From positions 2,993 to 66,992 of the forward strand of contig JANONW010000288.1 in assembly GCA_031421065.1 (NCBI GenBank): a stretch of 64,000 bases of DNA, in the 5' to 3' direction. Shown one piece after another: positions 10,178 to 20,000 of the stretch. This DNA is from Prolixibacteraceae bacterium. Lineage in GTDB: Bacteria > Bacteroidota > Bacteroidia > Bacteroidales > Prolixibacteraceae. Under the pieces are notes generated by a model that searched no databases, had not been told where the DNA came from, and saw only the letters and a list, made by a program, of their open reading frames with translations. Position 1 is the stretch's first letter; every line of letters starts with the position of its first letter. Both the position numbers and the translations under genes were made by a program.

Positions 10178-11557
10178 ATGGCAGAATCAAATCATCATGA
10201 AGTCGTTATTGTTGGCGCCGGATTAACAGGTCTGACAATAGCCCTTTACCTGAAAAAAGCGGGAATAAAGTTCCTGATCATTGATAAATCAGCTAAAACC
10301 GGCGGGGTGATCCAAACCATCAGCGAGCGCGGTTTTGTTTACGAAACAGGCCCTAATACAGGAGTAGTTTCGCATCCTGAAATGACCGAATTGTTTGAGG
10401 ATCTGGCCGGAAAATGTACACTCGAAACAGCAGATCCCAGTGCCAAATGCCGACTGATCTGGAAAAACAACCAGTGGAACGCACTTCCTTCAGGACTTTG
10501 GTCAGCCATTACCACACCACTTTTTACCTGGTACGATAAATTCAGGATCCTGGGCGAACCTTTCCGTGCAAAAGGAACCGATCCAAACGAAAAACTGGCA
10601 GAACTTGTCAAACGCCGGTTGGGAAAAAGTTTCCTCGATTATGCTGTCGATCCGTTTATCTCCGGAATTTATGCAGGAGATCCGAATAAATTGGTTACAC
10701 GTTATGCTTTGCCCAAGCTCTATCAGTTGGAACAGGACTACGGAAGTTTCATCAAAGGTGCCATGAAAAAGGCTAAACTTCCGAAAGACGAACGCTCTAA
10801 AAAAGCCACCCGTGAAGTTTTTTCTGCCAAAGGTGGACTGAGCCGCATGATTGAAGCCATGACCGAATCAATTGGGCCTGAGAATATTGTCCTTTCTGTT
10901 GAAAATACCCTGGTGAAACCAACCTCAAACGGATTTCAGTTGCAGATCACTACTCCGGAACAATTGATTTCGCTGGAAACAACGAACCTTGTTACAACTT
11001 GCGGAGGATATTCTTTGGCTGAATTACTGCCTTTCCTGAACGAAGAGGAAATCGCACCGTTTAATGAGCTGAAATACGCCGCTGTTACACAGGTATTGCT
11101 TGGATTCAAAAAATGGAAAGGCATGTCGTTGAAAGCTTTTGGCGGATTAGTCCCCAGAAAGGAAAACAAAAATATTCTGGGCGTATTATTTACCTCATCG
11201 TTTTTTGAAGGCCGTGCCCCCAAGGGAGGAGCACTGTTATCGGTATTCATGGGAGGTACAAAACGCCCGGATATTGCCGGATTGGACAATGGTGAAATTG
11301 ATACACTTCTAAACAAAGACCTACCGCGAATGCTTAGCGACAGATCATTAAGTGCAGATATGACACGTATTTTGCGATATCCGAAAGCCATTCCACAATA
11401 CACTGAAAGCACGGGCCACCGGTACGAAATGATTGATCAACTTCAGCAAAAATACCCCGGATTGATTTTGGCAGGAAACATTCGCGACGGAATCGGCATG
11501 GCCGACCGGGTAAAACAAGGAAGAAGCATTGCTGATGAACTGATCAGTAAGAGATAA
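10178..11557 (+). CDS. hemY: HemY-type FAD-dependent protoporphyrinogen/coproporphyrinogen oxidase
   Basis: GAGLTGL Rossmann motif, ETGPN, PFISGIYAGD, AIPQY, LAGN. Confidence 0.92.
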   Translation: MAESNHHEVVIVGAGLTGLTIALYLKKAGIKFLIIDKSAKTGGVIQTISERGFVYETGPNTGVVSHPEMTELFEDLAGKCTLETADPSAKCRLIWKNNQWNALPSGLWSAITTPLFTWYDKFRILGEPFRAKGTDPNEKLAELVKRRLGKSFLDYAVDPFISGIYAGDPNKLVTRYALPKLYQLEQDYGSFIKGAMKKAKLPKDERSKKATREVFSAKGGLSRMIEAMTESIGPENIVLSVENTLVKPTSNGFQLQITTPEQLISLETTNLVTTCGGYSLAELLPFLNEEEIAPFNELKYAAVTQVLLGFKKWKGMSLKAFGGLVPRKENKNILGVLFTSSFFEGRAPKGGALLSVFMGGTKRPDIAGLDNGEIDTLLNKDLPRMLSDRSLSADMTRILRYPKAIPQYTESTGHRYEMIDQLQQKYPGLILAGNIRDGIGMADRVKQGRSIADELISKR

Positions 11558-11584
11558 CAATTAAGTTTTAATTTTTGATCTTTG

Positions 11585-11592
11585 TATCTTTC
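11585..11592 (+). promoter_or_regulatory. Possible -7 promoter box for the Fe-S flavoprotein gene
   Basis: TATCTTTC, one mismatch to TAnnTTTG, 36 bp upstream of ATG 11629. Confidence 0.35.
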
Positions 11593-11628
11593 GGGTCAAA
11601 TATCAATATCCATAAATAGAAAAAGAAA

Positions 11629-13191
11629 ATGATAAAACTCACAATAGATAATCAAACCATTGAGGTTCAGCCCGGCACTTCTGTATGGCAGGCTGCCCAT
11701 TCCCTTGGCATCGAAATACCAACTATGTGTTATCTTGAAGGAACTGAACATTTTACATCGTGCATGATCTGTCTGGTAAAAGACACAAAAAATGGAAGAT
11801 TTTTCGCATCCTGTTCCACTCCGGTTTTTGATGGACAATCGATCATTACCAACGATGAAGAAACCATCGAATCGCGGATAGCTGCTCTCGAATTGCTCCT
11901 CAGCGAACATGTTGGCGACTGTGAAGCCCCCTGCCAGTTGGTTTGTCCGGCACACATGAACATTCCGCTGATGAACCGGCTGATTGCCAAAGGCGATTTT
12001 GCCAAGGCACTCGAAGTGGTTAAACGTGATATTGCGTTGCCTTCCATTCTTGGGCGAATTTGTCCGGCTCCGTGCGAGGCGGGCTGCCGACGGAAACAGG
12101 TTGACGAAGCAGTTTCGATTTGTTTATTGAAACGATTTGTGGGCGATGAAGATTTGAAAAGTGGGAAACCTTATCAGCCTCAACTAATTGAACTTTCAGG
12201 CAAAAAAGTAGCTATTATTGGTGCCGGCCCTGCTGGATTGGCTGCCGCGTATTACCTTCAGCAAAAAGGTCATCAGTCAGTAATTTTTGAAAAAGATGAT
12301 CGTGCTGGGGGTGAATTGCTTCAGATTGACACTGAAATTTTACCAAATGAAGTAGTTGAGGAGGAAGTTGCTCAAATTTTGGCAACCGGAGTTCAAATCT
12401 ACCTGAATGAATCCATTGACAACAACCGTTTTATTGAATTACAAAAGGATTTTGATGCTGTTGTTGTAGCCAGTGGAACAGTTTCAGAAGGAAGTTTGGC
12501 ATTCGGGCCAAAGACAGCCAAAGCAGGAATTATTGCTGACAAAAGCAGTTACCTGACATCAATTCCAAAAGTTTTTGCAGTTGGGAACTCGCTTCGTGCA
12601 TCGAAACTCGCTGTCCGATCAGTTGGTCAGGGAAAAGAGGTGGCAACTGTTATCGATAATTATTTTAAAACCTCGGAAGTAAAAGGATATCCGGAGCGGT
12701 TCAATTCAAAATTCGGACGACTGTCTGAAATTGAGTTCATTGAATATCAGAAAGATTCGGAAACTGCACCACGACAAAAAGCTGGTAAAGAAGGTTTCAC
12801 CCGCGAAGCTGCCATCCGCGAGGCCAAACGGTGCATGCATTGCGATTGCCGAAATCCGGAATCTTGTGTGTTACGCGAATTATCTGACCGTTACCATGCT
12901 GTGCAGAAACGCTTTCAGAGCGACCAACGCTTGAATGTAGAGAAGTTTATACACCGCGAGGGAATTGTTTACGAACCGGCCAAGTGCATCAAATGTGGCA
13001 TCTGTGTTCGTTTGACACGGCAGCATCAGGAAGAATTTGGTTTTACCTTTATTGGCCGCGGCTTCGATGTAAAAGTAGGCGTTCCGTTTAACCAAAGCGT
13101 TCAAAAAGGATTGGAGAAAACAGCACAAATCGTGGCAAAAGCTTGTCCGACTGGGGCGTTGGCGATGTTTGAGGTGGAGGAACAGTTGTAG
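11629..13191 (+). CDS. Fe-S flavoprotein: NuoG/HydA-type 2Fe-2S domain + GltD-like Fe-S/FAD module + C-terminal Fe-S domain
   Basis: PTMC..SCMIC..ASC; DCEAPCQLVCP; GRICPAPCEAGC; GAGPAG; CMHCDC..SC; CIKCGIC..CPTGAL. Confidence 0.85.
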   Translation: MIKLTIDNQTIEVQPGTSVWQAAHSLGIEIPTMCYLEGTEHFTSCMICLVKDTKNGRFFASCSTPVFDGQSIITNDEETIESRIAALELLLSEHVGDCEAPCQLVCPAHMNIPLMNRLIAKGDFAKALEVVKRDIALPSILGRICPAPCEAGCRRKQVDEAVSICLLKRFVGDEDLKSGKPYQPQLIELSGKKVAIIGAGPAGLAAAYYLQQKGHQSVIFEKDDRAGGELLQIDTEILPNEVVEEEVAQILATGVQIYLNESIDNNRFIELQKDFDAVVVASGTVSEGSLAFGPKTAKAGIIADKSSYLTSIPKVFAVGNSLRASKLAVRSVGQGKEVATVIDNYFKTSEVKGYPERFNSKFGRLSEIEFIEYQKDSETAPRQKAGKEGFTREAAIREAKRCMHCDCRNPESCVLRELSDRYHAVQKRFQSDQRLNVEKFIHREGIVYEPAKCIKCGICVRLTRQHQEEFGFTFIGRGFDVKVGVPFNQSVQKGLEKTAQIVAKACPTGALAMFEVEEQL

Positions 13192-13216
13192 AAATATTTC
13201 TTCGCTTAACCCGGTT

Positions 13217-13241
13217 GGCTTGTTTTAACAAACAGCCTTTT
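13217..13241 (+). terminator. Possible intrinsic terminator
   Basis: ggct(t)gttt-taac-aaacagcc followed by tttt. Confidence 0.4.
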
Positions 13242-13442
13242 AGTTGATCTTTCAGGTCCTTTTTTGTCTATAAATCAATCTTGTTTACAGCAATTCATTT
13301 ATACTTCAATTTAATTAGATGCTTGATAAATATTTCAAAATTTAATTTTATTAACAAATTTGATACTGTGAATTAATCAATTCGTAAGTTTTATAAAAAG
13401 GGTTTACTATTTTTATAGCTTATTAATGAAAAAAAATCGCCA

Positions 13443-14552
13443 ATGGTTTTAAATAGACTTCTGATAATCCTATTAATAAACATACTCCTTTCAGGCTTCC
13501 TTTCCGCCCAATCTTCCTGGTCCATATTTCGTGGCAACCAACAACTTTCAGGAACAACTTCAGCCAATCTTCCGGATAGACCGAAATTACTTTCCTCGTT
13601 TCAGACCGGTGACGACATTAAAGCTTCACCTGTTATTTCAGGACAAACCATCTTTTGTGGATCGACTGATGGCAGTATGTATGCCATAGGTTTTGATGGC
13701 AAACAAAAATGGAAATTCGATTCAGGGAACGCCATTGAAGCTCCTGCTTTGGTCATGGACGGTTCTGTTGTTTTCGGTTCACTCGATGGAATGTTTTTCA
13801 GGCTCGATGAAAAAACCGGGAAACAAATCTGGAAATATACCACAGACAATCAAATTATGGGTTCGGCAAACTGGCTGAAAGTAGGCAATCAAATCCGACT
13901 GGTGGTTGGCAGTTACGATTACAGCCTGCATGCTGTTGGTTTTGCCAAGGGCGACAGCATCTGGCAATACGAATCGGATAATTACATCAATGGGGCTCCG
14001 GCCATTTATGGTAAAAATGCTGTATTTGGTGGCTGCGATGGTTTTGTCCATTTGGTGAACATCGAGACAGGTAAAGTGTTTAAAAAGATCAAACTCGATA
14101 CTTATGTTGCTTCATCACCGGTGATTGATGGAAAGTTTGTTTATGTAGGTGATTACGAAGGCCGGTTTTTCAGCATCGATCTGGAAGGCGGTAAAGTTGC
14201 CTGGACGTATGATGATCCGGAGAAAAACCTGCCATTTATTGCATCACCGGCCTTGAGCGGAAACATGATCGTAATCGGCAATCAAGACCGGTTTATTTAC
14301 TGTTTTGATAAAAGCACGGGGAAAGTGGTTTGGAAAGTAAGAACCAGTAGCCGTGTAGAATCATCATCGGTAATTGCATCAGGAAAAGTAATTACCGGAA
14401 CCATGGACGGAATGCTGTACATTCACGACCTGAAAACCGGCAAAGAACTTTGGAAATACGAATTGGGCAGCCCGATCATAGGCAGTCCGGCAGTTGTTTC
14501 AGGAAAAATTGTGGTTGGGGCCGGCGATGGGAGGATTTACGTGTTTGGATGA
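13443..14552 (+). CDS. Secreted PQQ-like/BamB-like beta-propeller repeat protein
   Basis: Signal peptide; repeated 'SP.v....v.vG..dG..y.ld..tGk..Wky' blades with Trp-docking motif. Confidence 0.88.
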   Translation: MVLNRLLIILLINILLSGFLSAQSSWSIFRGNQQLSGTTSANLPDRPKLLSSFQTGDDIKASPVISGQTIFCGSTDGSMYAIGFDGKQKWKFDSGNAIEAPALVMDGSVVFGSLDGMFFRLDEKTGKQIWKYTTDNQIMGSANWLKVGNQIRLVVGSYDYSLHAVGFAKGDSIWQYESDNYINGAPAIYGKNAVFGGCDGFVHLVNIETGKVFKKIKLDTYVASSPVIDGKFVYVGDYEGRFFSIDLEGGKVAWTYDDPEKNLPFIASPALSGNMIVIGNQDRFIYCFDKSTGKVVWKVRTSSRVESSSVIASGKVITGTMDGMLYIHDLKTGKELWKYELGSPIIGSPAVVSGKIVVGAGDGRIYVFG

Positions 14553-14720
14553 AGCCCTCCCAAACCCCAAAGCCCCACCCAAACCCTCCCCGAAGGGGGA
14601 GGGCTTTAAAACGCAACTTTGAAAAGTATCTCAACTATATAAGTGAATAATATGGAACAGAGCATTTTTACTCTCCCCCTCCGGGGGGAGCTGGAGGGGG
14701 CTTTGGAAGGGGGAGGCCTT
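14553..14720. repeat. Inverted doublet of C/G-run REP-like palindromes (REPIN/BIME-like)
   Basis: Left unit aagccccacccaaaccctccccgaagggggagggcttt (14570-14607); right unit ctctccccctccggggggagctggagggggctt (14671-14703) in inverted orientation; same layout at 39079-39210. Confidence 0.75.
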
Positions 14721-16022
14721 ATGAAAATCGCACAAATAATCCCGGGGTCGGGCGGTAGTTTTTACTGCGGAAACTGTATGCGCGATAGTAAATTCGTGAA
14801 GGCACTGAAAGATTTAGGTCATCAGGTGATTAAAGTGCCATTGTACTTGCCCATTTTCGGTGATGCCCACGATTTGGACGAAGTTCCTGTTTTTTACGGA
14901 GCGGTAAACCTCTACCTCAAACAGCAATTCCCCATTTTTCGGCACATGCCCGCGTTTGTAGAACATGCGCTTGACTCGAAAAGTGTGTTGGAAATGGCAG
15001 CCCGAAAGGCCGGTTCAACCCGGGCTAAAGGTCTGGAAGAAATGACGATTTCAATGTTGCTGGGCGAAGATGGCGGCCAGAAAGAGGAGCTGGAACGCTT
15101 AGTTGATTGGCTGGCCGATGAGGCCAAACCTGATGTCGTACATTTGTCGAATGCTTTGCTGCTGGGTTTGGCCCACCGCATTAAAGAACGGATGAATGTT
15201 ACGGTTGTTTGTTCGCTTCAGGACGAAGATGTGTGGGTGGATGCCATGGAAGATAAGTATCGTAAAGAAGTTTGGGACTTGATGAGCAAACGCGGTCGTG
15301 ATGTGGATGTGTTTGTTCCGGTAAGCGATTTTTATTCCGCAGAAATTCACAAACGGATGGTCATTCCTGAAACCAAAATGAAAACGGTTCATTTGGGAGT
15401 CGATACCTCGGATTATTCCCCGAAACCAATTTCCGAAAAAGAGACTGTAATAGGCTACTTATCCAGAATGTGCGAAGAAAACGGGCTGGCTATTTTTGTT
15501 GACGGCTTTATTTTACTTCGGAAAGATCCAAAATTTTCAGCAGTAAAACTGAAAATTACCGGTGGCAAAACGGGTGACGATTTACATTTCATCAAAGAAC
15601 AAAAGCAGAAGCTTTCGAAAGCTGGGTTGGAAGCCGATGTGTCTTGGGTAGAAGAATTTGAAGGCGAGGAGCGCCAGAAATTCTTCGATTCGGTCCGAAT
15701 GATTTCGGTTCCGGTATTGAATGGCGAAGCTTTTGGTTTGTATATGCTCGAAGCCATGGCTGCCGGAATTCCGGTGGTTCAGCCTGCTTTGGGAGCTTTT
15801 CCCGAAGTAATTGAAATCAGTGGCGGCGGGGCAATCTATTCGCCCAATGAACCGCAGCAGTTGGCTGATGCACTGGCATCGCTCATTTTGAATGACCAAA
15901 AACTTCAGGAATTAAGCTTTGCCGGGCTTGCCGGAGTGAAAGCCCATTTCGATATTCATGCCCAGGCTCGCAAGATGGTGGCGGTGTATGAAGGCGCATT
16001 AAAAAATGTAGTCATTCCGTGA
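14721..16022 (+). CDS. Glycosyltransferase family 4 (GT-B) with N-terminal CxxC; start moved to ATG 14721
   Basis: MKIAQIIPGSGGSFYCGNC; EAFGLYMLEAMAAGIPVV (GT4 E-x7-E); the track's N-terminal extension is translated REP DNA. Confidence 0.88.
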   Translation: MKIAQIIPGSGGSFYCGNCMRDSKFVKALKDLGHQVIKVPLYLPIFGDAHDLDEVPVFYGAVNLYLKQQFPIFRHMPAFVEHALDSKSVLEMAARKAGSTRAKGLEEMTISMLLGEDGGQKEELERLVDWLADEAKPDVVHLSNALLLGLAHRIKERMNVTVVCSLQDEDVWVDAMEDKYRKEVWDLMSKRGRDVDVFVPVSDFYSAEIHKRMVIPETKMKTVHLGVDTSDYSPKPISEKETVIGYLSRMCEENGLAIFVDGFILLRKDPKFSAVKLKITGGKTGDDLHFIKEQKQKLSKAGLEADVSWVEEFEGEERQKFFDSVRMISVPVLNGEAFGLYMLEAMAAGIPVVQPALGAFPEVIEISGGGAIYSPNEPQQLADALASLILNDQKLQELSFAGLAGVKAHFDIHAQARKMVAVYEGALKNVVIP

Positions 16023-16100
16023 AAAGTAAAAATAAAAATCGAAGGGACCTATCCTTTGCCGTCTGCTTTAGCTGACGGACATGATTATAAAATAAAACTT

Positions 16101-16781
16101 ATGCTATTAAAACTTACCCAAATAACCAAATCTTATTTTTCCGGAAACAATCCGACAGCAAGAACGATTCTCGACCAGCTTGATCTGGAAATTAAGTCAG
16201 GTGAGCGGATTGCCATTGTCGGGCCTTCGGGCTCGGGCAAAACCACTTTGCTGAATCTGATTGGCACTTTGGATCGTCCTGATTCAGGGGAAATGTACTT
16301 CGAAAATCAAGATCTGTCGGTGTTTTCTGATCAGCAACTGGCCGGGTTCCGTAATGAGAAAATCGGGTTTGTGTTCCAGCTTCATCATTTATTACCTCAA
16401 CTCACTTTACTTGAGAATATACTTTTGCCGACTTTGACAGATAAAAAACTTCAGGGAAAGGAAACGCTTGAGCGTGCTCAGAAATTGATTTCACGGATGG
16501 GACTGACCGATGCCGCACACCAGAAACCTTCGGAACTTTCGGGCGGCGAATGTCAGCGGACTGCCGTTGCCCGTGCGCTGATCAACCGCCCGGGACTGAT
16601 TTTGGCCGATGAACCAACTGGTGCCCTCGATCAGAAATCGGCCTTCAATTTGACAGATTTGCTCGTTGAACTAAATCAGGAAGAAGGAGTTACCCTGATT
16701 GTTGTGACTCACTCGATGGAAGTAGCGAAAAAAATGGATCGGATTTATAGCTTGAATGAAGGAAAACTTATAGAGTCTTGA
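16101..16781 (+). CDS. ABC transporter ATP-binding protein, LolD/MacB-like; start moved to ATG 16101
   Basis: Walker A GPSGSGKT, signature LSGGECQR, Walker B ILADEPTG, VTH. Confidence 0.93.
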   Translation: MLLKLTQITKSYFSGNNPTARTILDQLDLEIKSGERIAIVGPSGSGKTTLLNLIGTLDRPDSGEMYFENQDLSVFSDQQLAGFRNEKIGFVFQLHHLLPQLTLLENILLPTLTDKKLQGKETLERAQKLISRMGLTDAAHQKPSELSGGECQRTAVARALINRPGLILADEPTGALDQKSAFNLTDLLVELNQEEGVTLIVVTHSMEVAKKMDRIYSLNEGKLIES

Positions 16782-16811
16782 ATCCTGAATCTCGAATTTT
16801 GAATGACGAAT
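16777..16811. repeat. Heptamer tandem array (NNNGAAT x5)
   Basis: cttgaat cctgaat ctcgaat tttgaat gacgaat. Confidence 0.8.
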
Positions 16812-16839
16812 AGATGGGCAATTTATTCAAAACTCAAAA

Positions 16840-17052
16840 TTGCCCACCGTGGAAAATCTCGAAAAATTAAAAACTTTTTCATTCGATCCGGATAAATATG
16901 AAATCATTGGGAAAGATGCGTTTATCTTCTGTGCTTTAGGTTATAGCGATTCGAAACTGACCAATCAGTTTTTCGAAAGCAAACTGGGAGTTCCGGCTAC
17001 CACCCGAAACTGGAAAACTGTCATCAAACTGAACGAATTGTCTAATATCTAA
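16840..17052 (+). pseudogene. C-terminal remnant of a DUF1697-family gene
   Basis: SKLTNQFFESKLGVPATTRNWKTVIKL is the typical DUF1697 C-terminus; in-frame stop at 16804 removes the N-terminal part. Confidence 0.7.
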
Positions 17053-17075
17053 AATCTATCATCTAAAATCTCATC
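17041..17075. repeat. Heptamer tandem array (TCTNNNN x5)
   Basis: tctaata tctaaaa tctatca tctaaaa tctcatc. Confidence 0.8.
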
Positions 17076-17081
17076 AACCGC

Positions 17082-20000
17082 ATGTCGCTATCCAAACTCA
17101 TACTGAAATCTGCCTGGTTCTACCGGAAACTGAACCTGACTATTATCCTCGGAATTGCTTTAAGCACGGCCATTCTGGTTGGTGCGCTCATCATTGGCGA
17201 TTCGGTGAAATACAGTTTGCAGCAAATCACGGTTCAGCGGCTAGGCAAAACTTCCCAGGTGATTACCGCTGGAGAACGTTTGTTCGGGCAGCAGTTGACC
17301 ATAGAATTGGCCACAAAAACAGGAGTTGTAACCACCGCTTTGCTTCGTGCCAATGGTTTCGGGGTAATCGATGGTGGCGAACTGCGGATCAATCAGTTGG
17401 CTGTCTGGGGTGTAGATTCAACGTTGGGCCGTTTTGCCAATGGTTCAGAATCCTTTATTCTGAATGGAAATGACGTAGCTATAAACGAAAATCTGGCTGC
17501 TTTATCTGGGTTGAAAGTGAACGATGAATTTTTGCTTCGATTGAATAAACTCAATACTTTCCCGGCCAATACGCCTTTTGTTTCAGAAACGGAAACCACA
17601 ATTTCTTTCAGGGTTTCGGTGGCACGAATCCTGAAATCCGAGGAATTGGGGAATTTCAATTTACAAAACATTCAATCCGCGCCGCGCAACGTTTTCCTGA
17701 ATTTGCAATGGCTCAACGAGCAAATGGGACTTCAGCAAAAAGCCAATGTGTTGCTCGTTGCCGAAGGTATTTCAAGTTCAGAACTGATTCAGAAACTTCA
17801 GAAAAGCTGGAAGCTGGAAGACATGAACCTGGAAATCAGGGAAAATCAAACCTTGAATTACACCGAACTGATTTCTGACCGTGTGTTTGTTGAACCGGCG
17901 GTTGAGCAATTTTGCCTGAACAAAATGCCCGGTTCACAGGCTGTTTTCAGCTATTTCATCAACGAATTTACTTTGAAGGGAAAGCAAACGCCGTATTCGT
18001 TTGTCTCGTCCGATCCAAAGCTAACAGGAAATCAAATAATAGCCAGTAATTGGCTGGCCGATGATTTGAAGATAAAATTGAACGATACCGTCCGGCTTTC
18101 TTATTTTGAAGTTGGGCCGTTGCGACGACTGGTTTTGAAGGACACTTCGTTTGTAGTCGGGCATATTTATGAATTGGCAGGGGAAAAGGCCGATCAGAAC
18201 CGGATGCCGGTGATTCCGGGGCTTTCGGATGCGGGCAATTGCCGCGACTGGAAAACCGGTGTGCCTGTTGATCTGAAAAAGATCCGCACCAAAGACGAAG
18301 ATTATTGGAAGGCGCACAAAGGAACTCCGAAAGCTTTTGTCTCGCTCGAAACGGCACAAAAACTCTGGGGGAACCACTTTGGACAATCAACGGCAATTCG
18401 TGTTGACGGACTAAAAAAAGCTGAATTTGAAAGCCAACTTCTTTCAGGACTTAACCCTTCGCAGCTTGGCTTCGAGGTTCGGGATGTAAAAACCGATGGA
18501 CTCGCGGCTGCCAGCGGGGGAACCGATTTTGGAGGACTGTTTATTGGGCTCAGCTTCTTTGTGCTGTTCGCTGCGGTGTTGCTGGCTTTCCTGTTGTTCA
18601 AACTGTACCTCGGATTTCGCAAAACTGAAATCGGAACCTTGACAGCACTCGGATTTTCGTTTCAAACTATTCGCAAACTTTTTGTTGCCGAAGCTTCGGT
18701 ATTTGTGCTGGTCGGTATTTTTCTCGGAATTCCGTTCAGCATTCTATACAACCACCTGATTTTACAAGCCATCAATACCATTTGGGTCGATATTGTCCGT
18801 ACCTCGATTGTCAACATTCACATTCGTCCGGTTTCGCTTATTTTCGGAAGTCTGATTATCGCACTGATGTCATTCACTGCGATTTGGTTCATCCTGAGCC
18901 GTTTCCTGAAAAACGAAGCGATTGCCTTGCAACGAAAACATATCTCAGTAAAACTTAATAACGGGCGATGGTCCCTGAGCCTTGGCCTTTGCCTGATCGC
19001 TTTTTCTGTTATCATCCTGTTCGCGAAAGGTTTCCGGAGTGGTGAAATTAATCCGGAGTTCTTTTTCATCAGCGGTTTCGGACTGTTGCCGGGACTGATC
19101 CTGATTTTCGATTTCTGGATGCACCGATTGGCTGTTCAGGAAAAAGCCATGCATTTTTCGCTGCAGACCATGCTGCTGAAACGCATTGCCGGAGAACGGC
19201 GGCGCAATGTGATGATCGTGAGTTTTCTGTCAGTGGGCGTGTTTATGGTGGTTTCTACCGGATTGAACCGCAAAGACCTGACTTCAAATGCCGATTTGCC
19301 TTCATCGGGAACGGGCGGGTATGACTACTTTGTGGAAACGACCATGCCGGTGCTTTTTGATGTGAACACTCCAAAGGGAAGGGAAGATTTTGATATACCT
19401 GCCGATGCGCAGATTGTGCAGTTTCAGGCTCAGCCGGGCGATGATGCCAGTTGCCTGAACCTGAACCGAATTTCGCGGCCACGTTTGATTGCCTGCAATC
19501 CGGCGGCTTTCGACCAGCGATCGGCATTTACGTTTGCCACGCGGACGGACGATCTGGATGCGCAACATCCGTGGCTGACACTCAACCAGACTTTGGCTGA
19601 CGATGTGATTCCGGCCATTGCCGACCAAACGGTGATTCAGTGGGGATTAATGAAAAAAGTGGGCGACACGCTGCTTTATAAAACGGAAGACGGAAAAGAT
19701 TTGAAGCTGAAACTGGTGGGCGGACTGGCCAATTCGGTTTTTCAGGGCAATGTGATTATTGCCGAAGATCATTTCAACCGGGCATTTCCATCGGTAAGCG
19801 GCTCGAATGTATTCCTGATTGATGTGCCCTACAGTTCGTTGACTGCCGAAGATTTGCAAATCGGAATGCGCAACTATGGCCCCGAAATCAGCCGGACAAC
19901 CGACCGTTTGCTGTCTTTTTACACGGTTGAAAATACTTATCTGAATATCTTCCTGATGCTTGGTGCGCTTGGACTTTTAATCGGCACACTTGGATTGGGA

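Noticed and set aside
14643-14720. N-terminal extension of the GT4 (and similarly of ArgD at 39185-39223)
   Set aside because: These are translations of REP-like palindromes; homology to the enzyme families begins at the downstream ATG.
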